DNA from: Dehalococcoidia bacterium
Lineage (GTDB): Bacteria > Chloroflexota > Dehalococcoidia > Lucifugimonadales > UBA1127
Length of the DNA stretch: 64,000 bases
Assembly: GCA_965217675.1 (NCBI GenBank)
Contig: OZ244559.1
Span: forward strand, 962,126-1,026,125
Direction: 5' to 3'
This document shows, piece by piece, positions 30,123-39,345 of the stretch; position 1 is the first letter of the stretch; each line of letters begins with the position of its first letter. Below the pieces are notes generated by a model, which saw only the letters and a list, made by a program, of their open reading frames with translations, did no database searches and was not told where the DNA came from. The position numbers and the translations under genes are program-made.

Positions 30123-30197
30123 CGGGGCGTGGCGCAGCGGTAGCGCGCTTGGTTTGGGACCAAGAGGTCGGCAGTTCAAACCTGCCCGCCCCGACCA
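30123..30197 (+). tRNA. tRNA-Pro(TGG)
   Basis: CGGGGCG/CGCCCCG acceptor, CTTGG-TT TGG GA-CCAAG, TTCAAAC T loop, ACCA end. Confidence 0.93.
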
Positions 30198-30354
30198 ACT
30201 TCCATCCACCGGATCCATGCATCTTTGTGTGTTTTCCAACTCCCGCAAGCCGGAGGAGGGCATTAACCCACAGTCGCACAATGGGCATTCACCGTCGACA
30301 AACTCTTCCCGCGCTTAGGAGCGCCTGCCACGCATGAGGCGCAGCTACCTGGCC

Positions 30355-30387
30355 TTTAACGACGGGTGAAGTCTCCGTTAACGGACA
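30355..30387 (+). promoter_or_regulatory. Probable PHO box upstream of phoB
   Basis: TTAAC / TGAAG / TTAAC at 30356, 30367, 30378 (11-bp period). Confidence 0.6.
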
Positions 30388-30471
30388 CGCAGCGGGATTA
30401 CGCCATTCTTGTGTACGCGAGTAGAATGCGGGTAAACCTGCTCCGACAATCCTGACGGCGGGAGGTCGCTT

Positions 30472-31170
30472 GTGGCCGAAGGCACGGTCCTGATCATTGA
30501 AGATGAGGAGAACCTGCAGGAAGCGCTCAAGTACAACCTGGAGCGTGAAGGCTACGAGGTGATCACTGCCAGCGACGGCGTTCGCGGCTTGGGTCTGGCG
30601 AGGGAACGCCTGCCGGACCTGGTCATCCTGGACGTCATGCTACCGCAGTTGGACGGCCTGGAGGTGTGCCGCCTTCTCCGTCGCGAGCATGACACGCCCA
30701 TCATCATGCTCACGGCCAAGGGCGAAGAGGTCGACCGCGTGGTGGGCCTTGAGCTTGGGGCCGACGATTACATAACCAAGCCCTTTAGCATGCGGGAGCT
30801 GCTTGCGCGGCTCCGCACGGTGCTTCGACGGACCAGAAGCCATGCCCGCGACGATGCCCTTCCTTCCAGCGAGGTCTACACTTCAGGCGATCTGGAGGTC
30901 GACCTGGCGAGCCACATAGTCAGACTGGCCGGCGAGGAATTGGATCTCAAACCCCGAGAGTTCGACCTGCTGGCGCTTCTGGTGGCCAACAAGGGCAGGG
31001 CCTTCACCCGAGACCAGATCCTGGAGCGTCTCTGGGGCCAGGACTACATCGGTGATACGCGCACCGTCGACGTCCATATCCGCTGGATCCGCCAGAAGTT
31101 GGAGACTGGACCTGGCAACCCCCACCGCATCATCACCATACGGGGAGTAGGGTACCGGTTCCAGGGATGA
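30472..31170 (+). CDS. phoB: OmpR-family response regulator (PhoB/PhoP)
   Basis: Receiver LIIEDE...DLVILDVMLP; winged helix TRTVDVHIRWIRQK; precedes the pst genes. Confidence 0.85.
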   Translation: MAEGTVLIIEDEENLQEALKYNLEREGYEVITASDGVRGLGLARERLPDLVILDVMLPQLDGLEVCRLLRREHDTPIIMLTAKGEEVDRVVGLELGADDYITKPFSMRELLARLRTVLRRTRSHARDDALPSSEVYTSGDLEVDLASHIVRLAGEELDLKPREFDLLALLVANKGRAFTRDQILERLWGQDYIGDTRTVDVHIRWIRQKLETGPGNPHRIITIRGVGYRFQG

Positions 31171-32561
31171 AACCGCCGCGCGGGTTCCACTGGCGCGTCA
31201 TTATGGTGTTCGCGGTGCTGACCGCCCTCACCGCCCTCGGGGCTGCCCTGAGCCTGCTTGGCTTCATGTCGGACGCCCCCCTTGCCACCCAGGAGCGCAT
31301 TGGCCTGACGCTGACGGCCACTGGCGCCATCGCCGTTGGGCTGCTGCTCGTCATGGCGCTCGTTTTGGCGTACATGACGCGCCGCGCGTTCGGGCTGGTA
31401 ACGCACTCCGCCCGCCGCATCGCCGGCGGCGATCTGGAGCATCGGGTCCAGGTGTCGTCCTCCAGCGAGACCAGCGACCTCGCATTTGCCGTCAACCGCA
31501 TGGCGACCTCCCTCCGCGACATCATCCACGACCTCGCCACCGAGCGCGACAAGTTGGCGGCTGTGCTCGACACCATGGTGGACAGCGTCCTGGTGGTGGG
31601 CGCACAGGGCCGCATCGAGCTCGTCAACCAGGCGGCCGCTCAACTCTTGAGTCTGCGGCAAGAGGACGTGGGTCACCGCGACTACGCCGAGGTGCTGCGG
31701 GACCCAGACCTTCGGGAGATCTTCATGCGCTGCCAGCGGTCAGGCATCCGGCAGACAGCCGAGATAGACCTGAACCAGGCGGGGCACCTGATCCCGGTCA
31801 ACATCATTGCCACACCGCTTCCGGGCAGCTCGCCGCCCGAAGTGCTGCTGACCGTGCACGACCTCCGGATGCTGCGGCAATTGGAGTCGACGCGGCGGGA
31901 GTTCGTGAGCAACGTCTCCCACGAGCTGCGGAACCCACTGGCCTCCGTCCGCTTACTGACGGAGACCCTGGAAGACGGCGGGATCACCGATGAGCCCGTC
32001 GCGCGAGACTTCCTTGGCCGCATCCGCCGCGAGGTTGACCGAATGAACGCGCTGGTGGAGGACCTGCTGGAGTTGGCCCGTATCGAGAGCGGACGGGACC
32101 CCGTGCCGCAGGCCCCCATGCAACTGGGGCCCCTGGTGCAAGATACGGTGAACCGCTTCCGAGTGCGCGCGGCCCAGAAGGGCGTGCGTCTTGACTCAGA
32201 GATCCCCGAACACCTCCCACCCGTGCGCGCGGACGAGGGCCGCATCGGGCAGGTGCTCACCAACCTCCTCGACAACGCCCTCAAGTGGACCGAGCGCGGG
32301 GGAAGCATTCGGCTGCAGTTGGAGGAGAGGATCGGGGTCGTCCAAGTGAGCGTGCAGGACTCCGGTGTCGGCATACCGCAGGAGCACATGCCCCACATCT
32401 TCGAGCGGTTCTACAAAGGCGACCGGGCACGCCGCGACGGCGGAAGCGGGCTTGGGCTCGCCATCGTCAAGCATATCGTGCAGCAGTGCGGCGGCGAGGT
32501 GTCGGCGCAGAGCCAGCCCGGTCACGGGAGCACCTTCATCTTCACGGTGCCTGTGGGGTAG
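31167..32561 (+). CDS. phoR: Sensor histidine kinase (HAMP-PAS-HisKA-HATPase), PhoR-like
   Basis: RREFVSNVSHELRNPL, QVLTNLLDNA, DSGVGIP, IFERFYK, GSGLGLAIVKHIV. Confidence 0.85.
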   Translation: MKPPRGFHWRVIMVFAVLTALTALGAALSLLGFMSDAPLATQERIGLTLTATGAIAVGLLLVMALVLAYMTRRAFGLVTHSARRIAGGDLEHRVQVSSSSETSDLAFAVNRMATSLRDIIHDLATERDKLAAVLDTMVDSVLVVGAQGRIELVNQAAAQLLSLRQEDVGHRDYAEVLRDPDLREIFMRCQRSGIRQTAEIDLNQAGHLIPVNIIATPLPGSSPPEVLLTVHDLRMLRQLESTRREFVSNVSHELRNPLASVRLLTETLEDGGITDEPVARDFLGRIRREVDRMNALVEDLLELARIESGRDPVPQAPMQLGPLVQDTVNRFRVRAAQKGVRLDSEIPEHLPPVRADEGRIGQVLTNLLDNALKWTERGGSIRLQLEERIGVVQVSVQDSGVGIPQEHMPHIFERFYKGDRARRDGGSGLGLAIVKHIVQQCGGEVSAQSQPGHGSTFIFTVPVG

Positions 32562-32608
32562 CAACACCTCGGCAGCGCGGGCGAGGCCGAATGGTTCGGG
32601 TTCCAGCG

Positions 32609-32652
32609 GTTAACGGTGCCTTAATGTGGCCTTCAATGGACGTTAATGAAGC
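32609..32652 (+). promoter_or_regulatory. PHO box (four direct repeats) upstream of pstS
   Basis: TTAA/TTCA at 32610, 32621, 32632, 32643, exact 11-bp period. Confidence 0.8.
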
Positions 32653-32698
32653 TCCTGTACCCTACCTGGTGAAATCAATCGCGAACGGCGGGGTACAC

Positions 32699-33664
32699 AT
32701 GCGCGCCCTTTGGAAAGTGCGGCCCCTTGTCTGGGTTGCCCTGATGGCGGTCTTGGTCCTGTCCTTGGGCCTCGTGGCCTGCAATGGCGACGATGCGGCC
32801 ACCACGAGCTCGGGTGGGATGACGACGGAAAAGCTCAGAGGCGCCATCGAGATTGACGGTTCCAGCACGGTTGAGCCAATCACTTCCACGGTCGCGGAAG
32901 AGTTCAAGAAGCTCCACTCGGGCGTTAACCCCAACGTCGCGGTTTCCGGCACTGGTGGCGGGTTCAAGCGGTTCACGAGTGGTGACACGGCCATCTCAAA
33001 CGCCTCGCGCCCCATGAAGGACTCCGAGGCTGAGGCCGCTGCCGCCAACGGCATCGAGTACGTGGAGCTCCTGGTTGCGGTAGACGGCCTGACCGTCGTC
33101 GTCGACCCGGATAACAACTTCGCTACCTGCCTGACGGTGGACGAGCTCAAGGCAATGTGGGAGCCGGGTTCCCAGGTCAACAACTGGAACCAGGTCCGTT
33201 CGTCCTTCCCGGACCAGAAGCTCACCCTGTACGGTCCCGACACGGACTCCGGCACCTTCGACTACTTCACCGAGGAGATCGTTGGTGAGGCGCAGGCCAG
33301 CCGTGCCGACTACAGCCCCAACGCCAACGACAACATTCTGGTGCAGGGCATTTCCGGTGACGACAACGCCCTGGGGTACTTCGGCTTCGCCTACTACCTG
33401 GAGAATCAGGACAGGCTGAACGCGGTGGGCATTGACGACGGCAACGGCTGCGTCGCCCCCACGCCTGAGACCATCAGGGGCGGTTCCTACACCCCTCTGT
33501 CCCGGCCGCTCTTCATCTACGTGAACACGGCCGAGCTTGAGAAGAGTGAGGTTCGCGCCTTCGTGGAGTACTACTTAGACAACGCCGCGCAGCTCGCCGC
33601 TGAGGTGGGCTACGTGGCCCTGACCGACGCGGAGTACGACGAGAGCCGTTCCAAGATCCAATAG
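32699..33664 (+). CDS. pstS: Phosphate ABC transporter substrate-binding lipoprotein
   Basis: Lipobox LVAC; IEIDGSSTV.PI, SGTGGGFKRF, ISNASR, DSGTFDYF, YTPLSRPLFIYVN. Confidence 0.93.
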   Translation: MRALWKVRPLVWVALMAVLVLSLGLVACNGDDAATTSSGGMTTEKLRGAIEIDGSSTVEPITSTVAEEFKKLHSGVNPNVAVSGTGGGFKRFTSGDTAISNASRPMKDSEAEAAAANGIEYVELLVAVDGLTVVVDPDNNFATCLTVDELKAMWEPGSQVNNWNQVRSSFPDQKLTLYGPDTDSGTFDYFTEEIVGEAQASRADYSPNANDNILVQGISGDDNALGYFGFAYYLENQDRLNAVGIDDGNGCVAPTPETIRGGSYTPLSRPLFIYVNTAELEKSEVRAFVEYYLDNAAQLAAEVGYVALTDAEYDESRSKIQ

Positions 33665-33742
33665 TGTGGGATAGGGATCGCGGTGGCGGCGCCTTCCCCA
33701 GGGAGGACGCCTCTTCCGCTTCCCTCCAAGAGAGAAACCCAA

Positions 33743-34696
33743 ATGGACATCGATGAGGAGGGTGGCAACACGAGGTCTTTGCCAACGACTGGGAGCGCTG
33801 CCTACGCCTACCGGGCAAGGCGTAGGGCAATTGAAGGACAGGTGATGAAGTACATCTTCTTCATCTGTGCTGTGCTTTCCGTCGTGACCACCGTAGGCAT
33901 CCTGTTCAGCCTAGCGAGCCAGGCATGGGGCTTCTTCTTGGAAATAGGCGTTGTAGAGTTCCTCACTGGCACGAACTGGTCGCCCATTCTCAAGCCGCGG
34001 TCCTACGGCGTGCTTCCGCTGGTGTCCGGCACCATGCTGGTCGCGGTGTTGGGCGCCATCGTTGCGGTGCCCGTGGGTCTTGGAACGGCCATCTACCTGG
34101 CCGAGTATGCGCCAGACAAGGCCCGTCGCGTCCTCAAGCCCTTCCTGGAGATCCTGGCCGGCATCCCCACGGTTGTGTACGGCTTCTTCGCGCTCACCTT
34201 TGTTACGCCGCTTCTTCAGGGGTTCATCGGCGGGTTGCCCATCTGGAACGCACTGAGCACCGGCCTGGTCATGGGGCTGATGATCATCCCCATCGTGTCG
34301 TCCCTGAGCGAGGACGCCATGGTGGCGGTGCCACGGTCCTTGCGAGAGGCGGCGTACGCGCTTGGCGCCACGCGCATCGAGGTGGCGCTCAAGGTGGTTG
34401 TGCCGGCGGCGCTTTCGGGCATCGTCGCGGCGTTCATTCTCGCGCTGTCCCGAGCCATCGGCGAGACGATGCTGGTGACCATCGCTGCCGGCGCAAGGCC
34501 GAACTTGACCTTCAACCCCGTCGAGCAGATCCAGACCATGACCGCCTACATCGTCCAGGTGAGCCAGGGCGAGGCCGCGCACGGTTCCGTCGAGTACAAC
34601 ACCCTCTTTGCTGTGGGGCTGCTGCTCTTCTTCATGACCTTGGCAATGAACCTCCTCGGGCACTTTATCGTGCGCCGGTGGCAGGAGCGGTACTAA
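33743..34696 (+). CDS. pstC: Phosphate ABC transporter permease PstC
   Basis: AIYLAEYA, LEILAGIPTVVYG, SEDAMVAVPRSLREAAYALGAT, LSRAIGETM; start may be a downstream ATG. Confidence 0.92.
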   Translation: MDIDEEGGNTRSLPTTGSAAYAYRARRRAIEGQVMKYIFFICAVLSVVTTVGILFSLASQAWGFFLEIGVVEFLTGTNWSPILKPRSYGVLPLVSGTMLVAVLGAIVAVPVGLGTAIYLAEYAPDKARRVLKPFLEILAGIPTVVYGFFALTFVTPLLQGFIGGLPIWNALSTGLVMGLMIIPIVSSLSEDAMVAVPRSLREAAYALGATRIEVALKVVVPAALSGIVAAFILALSRAIGETMLVTIAAGARPNLTFNPVEQIQTMTAYIVQVSQGEAAHGSVEYNTLFAVGLLLFFMTLAMNLLGHFIVRRWQERY

Positions 34697-35577
34697 TGGA
34701 AGCGCAGAAGGAGAAATTCAATCCCAGGCTGGAAATACGGAAGCTCGTCGGCGGCCTCTTTCTCGGTCTTTTCATCCTGTGCGTCTTGGTGGGCGTGGTC
34801 GGGCTGGTCACGCTGCTGGTGCAGGTGCTCATGGATGGCCTTCCCTCCCTCAACTGGAACTTCTTGAGCACCCGTTCAACGTCACGGCACGTGGAGGAGT
34901 CCGGCATCCTCTCCGCCATGGTGGGCACGGCGTGGATCATGTTCTGGACGTCGCTGTTCACGGTGCCCATCGGCGTAGGGGCCGCCGTATACCTTGAGGA
35001 ATACGCGCCGAAGAACAAACTGACCAACTTCATTGAGATCAACATCTCCAACCTGGCCGGGGTGCCCTCCATTGTCTACGGCCTGCTGGGCTTGGCGGTC
35101 TTTGTGCAGTACCTGTCCCTGGGCCGCAGCATCCTGGCAGCGGGCCTCACCCTCTCACTCTTGGTGCTGCCCATCGTCATCCTCGCCTCCCGCGAGGCCA
35201 TCCGCGCGGTGCCGTCATCTCATAGGGAGGCCGCCTACGGCCTGGGCGCGACACAGTGGGAGGTGGTGCGGTCCGTCGTGCTGCCCTCGGCCGTGCCTGG
35301 CATCGCGACGGGCACCATCCTCGCGCTCTCACGCGCCATCGGTGAGGCGGCGCCAATCGTGGCAATCGCGGCTGTCGTGTTCATCACCTTCGTTCCCGCG
35401 ACGCCCTTTGACCGGTTCACCGTCCTGCCGGTGCAGATCTACAACTGGACCAACCGGCCGCAGGACTTCCAGTCGCTGGCGGCAGCGGCCATCATCGTCC
35501 TGCTGGTCATGCTGCTTTCCATGAACGCGTTGGCGGTGTACATCCGCAATCGCTTCCAGAAGCGGTCTGAGGAGTAG
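34696..35577 (+). CDS. pstA: Phosphate ABC transporter permease PstA
   Basis: AAVYLEEYA, NISNLAGVPSIVYGLLG, REAIRAVP, ILALSRAIGEAAP. Confidence 0.92.
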   Translation: MEAQKEKFNPRLEIRKLVGGLFLGLFILCVLVGVVGLVTLLVQVLMDGLPSLNWNFLSTRSTSRHVEESGILSAMVGTAWIMFWTSLFTVPIGVGAAVYLEEYAPKNKLTNFIEINISNLAGVPSIVYGLLGLAVFVQYLSLGRSILAAGLTLSLLVLPIVILASREAIRAVPSSHREAAYGLGATQWEVVRSVVLPSAVPGIATGTILALSRAIGEAAPIVAIAAVVFITFVPATPFDRFTVLPVQIYNWTNRPQDFQSLAAAAIIVLLVMLLSMNALAVYIRNRFQKRSEE

Positions 35578-35748
35578 GCCTGCTCAAGCTATTCAACAAG
35601 ATAATTACGCATAGAACAGGCCCCGGCAGCACCCCCCGGGCCAGTTTCCGTGCCCAGGCGATTCCTTGACGTCCCAATGGGCCAAACCGATACTGTAGCT
35701 ATGAGCACGCCTTGGCGGTGAACGTCTTCCGCAGTGAGGAGTGAGGCC

Positions 35749-38031
35749 ATGACGACGACAGCGCCCACACCCAGAGTCATCGGCACACGTACGCCCAAGG
35801 TGGACGGCGTCGAAAAGGTGACGGGCCGCGCCCAGTACGGGGCGGACGTGCAACTTCCCGGTTTGCTTGTCGGACGTATCCTGCCCAGCCCGCATGCCCA
35901 TGCCCGCATCGTGCGCATCGACACGTCCGCCGCGGAAGCCCTGCCGGGCGTCATGGCGGTGGTCACGGGCGCGGACTTCCCGCTGCCGCCGCCGGGCACG
36001 GAGACCCCCTTTGGGACGGCCACCGAGCGAAGCTACTTCACTGCGCAGGAGGTCATCGCCCGCGACAAGGTCCTCTACCACGGCCAAACCGTCGCTGCCG
36101 TGGCCGCACGGACGGCGGAGGCGGCGGAGCGCGCGCTGGAGCTCATAGACGTCGAGTACGGGCCGCTGCCGCCCGTGCTGGACGCCGAGTATGCGATGCA
36201 GCCCGGCGCGCCCGTTTTGCTCAGCGACCTCTTCACCAAGTCGCCCGACGGCGTCGCGTCCGAGCCGAGCAACGTCGCGGAGCAGGTCGTGCTCGAGCGC
36301 GGGGACATCGAGGCGGGCTTTGCCGAGGCGGATGTCGTCGTGGAGCGCGAGTATAAGACGCAGGTCGTGCACCAGGGGTACATCGAGCCCAACGTGGACT
36401 CGGCCTACGTCGACCCGCAGGGGAACGTGACGGTATGGGCAAACACGCAGGGAATCTTTGGGCAGCGCCGCGACATCGCGATGATCGCGGGCGTGCTGCC
36501 CAGCCGCATCAAGGTGATACCAACGGAGGTCGGTGGTGGGTTCGGCGGCAAGACGACGGTGCGTTGCAGCGCCCTTGCCGTCGCGCTATCGCGAAAGGCG
36601 GGAATGCCGGTGCGCGTTGCGCTAAGCCGCGAGGAGGTGCTGCGCACGGCGGGGCCGGGCAACGCCATCACCTGCCGCGTCAAGCTCGGCGCACGGTCCG
36701 ACGGGACGCTGACCGCCGTAGAAGGCAGCTTCGTCTACGACGCGGGCGCCTTCCCCGGCGCGCCGGTGCGCCTGTCCATCCGAAGGGTGTTCTCCCACTA
36801 CCGCTCAGCAAACTTCCACGTCGAGGGTTTTGACGTTGTTACGAACCACCCCCACGTCCACGCCTACCGCGCCCCAGGGGGCACGCCGACGGCATTCGCG
36901 CTGGAGTCGACGATGGACGAGCTGGCCGAGGCGCTGGGCATGGACCCGCTGGAGGTGCGGCGCATCAACGTCTCCCGCGCCGGGGACCCGATGCCGGACA
37001 ACGTGCCGCTGACCTCCGTGAGTTTCGACCGGGTGCTGGACGCCATCGAGGCGCACCCCTGCTGGACGACGCCGCTGGAGGGCGCCAACCGCGGGCGTGG
37101 GTTGGCCCTCGGCATGTGGACGGTGCCCGGCGGCACGGCGAGCAGCCACATCACGCTGAGCGGCGACGGCTCGGTGGCGCTGGTGCTGGGCACCGTGGAC
37201 CTGTCCTCCACCCGCACGAGCCTCGCGATGGTGGCGGCGGAGCTGCTGGGCATCGACATGCGGGACGTGCGGGTCATCATGGGCGACACGGACGTCGTGG
37301 GGTACTCTGACTCCAGCTCCGGCGATATGGTGACGTACGTCGCCAGCCGCGCAGTGCGAGAGGCGAGCATCGACCTGCTGAGCAAGATGAAGGCGATAGC
37401 GGCGGCGCAATTCAGCGTCGACGTGGCCGACATCGAATACGCCGCCAAGCGCTTCTACGTGCGGGGCGCGTCCGAGATGGCCATCGGCTGGGCGGACGTG
37501 GCGCAGAAAGCCCCGGGTAGCGGAGGCGCGCTGGTGGGGTACGGCAGCGTGAACACGCCGTCGATGAACCTTGGCGTGCTTGCGCCCAACGCCGCCGCGC
37601 ACGTCGTTGACGTTGAGGTCGACCCGGACACGGGGAAGGTGGATCTGCTTCGGTACACAGCCTTCCAGGACGTGGGTCTCAGCGTCAACCCGGACCAGGT
37701 TGAGGGGCAGGTGCAGGGCGGCGTCGCGCAAGGCATCGGCTGGGCACTGCACGAGGAATACGACTTCGACGAGAGCGGCGTGTTGCGAAACGCGACGCTG
37801 CTCGACTACCGCCTTCCGACATCGCTGGACGTGCCGCCCATCGAGACGGTGGTGCTGGAGGAGGCGGCCCCGGAGCACCCATTGGGCATTCGCGCCGCGG
37901 GACAGGTGCCCATCGTGCCGCCGGTCGCGGCCATCGCCAACGCCATCCGAAACGCAACAGGCGCGCGTATCCGTCGACTGCCAATGAAGCCGGAAACGGT
38001 GTTCTGGGCGCTGCAGGAGAATAGCAAGTAG
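35749..38031 (+). CDS. Xanthine dehydrogenase-family molybdopterin-binding subunit
   Basis: KVTGRAQYGADV, SPHAHARI, HQGYIEP, GGGFGGK, AYRAPG, QDVG..NP..VEGQVQGG.AQGIG. Confidence 0.9.
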   Translation: MTTTAPTPRVIGTRTPKVDGVEKVTGRAQYGADVQLPGLLVGRILPSPHAHARIVRIDTSAAEALPGVMAVVTGADFPLPPPGTETPFGTATERSYFTAQEVIARDKVLYHGQTVAAVAARTAEAAERALELIDVEYGPLPPVLDAEYAMQPGAPVLLSDLFTKSPDGVASEPSNVAEQVVLERGDIEAGFAEADVVVEREYKTQVVHQGYIEPNVDSAYVDPQGNVTVWANTQGIFGQRRDIAMIAGVLPSRIKVIPTEVGGGFGGKTTVRCSALAVALSRKAGMPVRVALSREEVLRTAGPGNAITCRVKLGARSDGTLTAVEGSFVYDAGAFPGAPVRLSIRRVFSHYRSANFHVEGFDVVTNHPHVHAYRAPGGTPTAFALESTMDELAEALGMDPLEVRRINVSRAGDPMPDNVPLTSVSFDRVLDAIEAHPCWTTPLEGANRGRGLALGMWTVPGGTASSHITLSGDGSVALVLGTVDLSSTRTSLAMVAAELLGIDMRDVRVIMGDTDVVGYSDSSSGDMVTYVASRAVREASIDLLSKMKAIAAAQFSVDVADIEYAAKRFYVRGASEMAIGWADVAQKAPGSGGALVGYGSVNTPSMNLGVLAPNAAAHVVDVEVDPDTGKVDLLRYTAFQDVGLSVNPDQVEGQVQGGVAQGIGWALHEEYDFDESGVLRNATLLDYRLPTSLDVPPIETVVLEEAAPEHPLGIRAAGQVPIVPPVAAIANAIRNATGARIRRLPMKPETVFWALQENSK

Positions 38032-38056
38032 GGGGCGATTCAAGAATCGCCCCCTA
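38028..38056. repeat. GTAG-type REP-like palindrome between convergent genes (possible bidirectional terminator)
   Basis: GTAGGGGGCGATT-CAAG-AATCGCCCCTAC. Confidence 0.75.
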
Positions 38057-38088
38057 CTCGGCGCCATGCCGTCGTTGCCTGCGAGACG

Positions 38089-39234
38089 CTAGCGCCCCCA
38101 GAGGGCCTTGGTGGCGATGCCGGCGCCCTCCACCATCGAACGGAACTTGCCCCACACGATGTCCGGGTGCACCCTGCCGCCAAGTCCGCAGTCCGTGCCC
38201 GCCACGACGTTCTCGCGTCCCACGAGGTTTGCCAGCCGCTCGATACGGTCTGCTATCAGATCCGGGTGCTCTATGACATCGTTGGTGTGCGCGACGACGC
38301 CGGGGATGAGCACCTTGCCGTCAGGGAGCTTCACATCGCGCCAGAGCTTCCACTCGTGCTCGTGGCGGGGGTTCTGGTCGTAGGAGATGCCCGATGAGCG
38401 GACCTGCAGCAGCAGGTCGACAAACTCGTTGAGGTTGATGTCTTCGGAGTGGGGGCCGCGCATGCCGCCGTAGCAGATGTGCAGGCGGATCTGCTCCTCC
38501 GGGATGTCCTGCAGCGTGTGGTTCAGCAACTCTACCAGCCGCCCGATCCGCATCCGAAAGTCGGGCAGCTCCATGCCGAGGGCGTTGAACTTCATCACTG
38601 GGGTGTCCACCTGCAGGACGAAGCCGGCGTCAGTAATGACCTTGTACTCCGCGCGCATGGCCTCGGCGCAGGCGCGGGTGTACTCCTCTTCTGAGCCGTA
38701 GTACTCGTTCTGCTCCGGCTGGTAACCCACGTTGTCCGGCCCCACGGAGGCCATGAAGCCCTCGGCCACGTCGACTGCCTGGAGGGCGGCTTGGAAGTTC
38801 TCAACGTCCGCTTGGATTTCGGCGTGGCCGGTGTAGGAAATGGGGCTTGTGCAGACCATCTGCCTTGCGGGCGCGGTGCCCCGGTTTCTGGCCAGGTCGA
38901 CGAAGTAGCGCTCGTAGTCGCCCTTGACGCGCTCCGTGCCACGCTCCATGTTGCCCCCGCCGGTCGCAACTTCACGGAACTCGAAGCCGCTGAGGCGGTC
39001 CCGGATGTAGCCTGACCATCCGGTCTTGTACTGCTCGCCGTCATTGATGATGTCCAAGCCCACCTCCGCTTGTTGGCGGACGATGTCGGCGACAGACTCC
39101 TTCACGAGGTTGGCCATGGCCGCCTCGTCGTAAGGCTCCTGGGCCTGCTTGGCGTCGAGCATTGCCCGCAGCTCCGGCGGTCGGGGCATGCTGCCGACGT
39201 GTGTGGTCAGGATCCGGTCGGTGCTGTGTCTCAT
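38089..39234 (-). CDS. Cobalamin-independent methionine synthase II family protein (single barrel)
   Basis: ILTTHVGSMPRP, GLDIINDGE, RLHICYG, NPRHEHEW, AGTDCG. Confidence 0.85.
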   Translation of the reverse strand: MRHSTDRILTTHVGSMPRPPELRAMLDAKQAQEPYDEAAMANLVKESVADIVRQQAEVGLDIINDGEQYKTGWSGYIRDRLSGFEFREVATGGGNMERGTERVKGDYERYFVDLARNRGTAPARQMVCTSPISYTGHAEIQADVENFQAALQAVDVAEGFMASVGPDNVGYQPEQNEYYGSEEEYTRACAEAMRAEYKVITDAGFVLQVDTPVMKFNALGMELPDFRMRIGRLVELLNHTLQDIPEEQIRLHICYGGMRGPHSEDINLNEFVDLLLQVRSSGISYDQNPRHEHEWKLWRDVKLPDGKVLIPGVVAHTNDVIEHPDLIADRIERLANLVGRENVVAGTDCGLGGRVHPDIVWGKFRSMVEGAGIATKALWGR

Positions 39235-39297
39235 GAAGTTCTCCTTTGCAGTTGGGTTCGCCTCCTCGACACGAGGCGGCAGGGCATCCATGGCGGC

Positions 39298-39321
39298 GGG
39301 CGATGCTCGAATCGCCCCTAC
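39298..39321 (-). repeat. GTAG-type REP-like palindrome
   Basis: Reverse complement reads GTAGGGGCGATTCGAGCATCGCCC. Confidence 0.65.
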
Positions 39322-39345
39322 GGGACCTGCTTGGGACGCAGGGAG

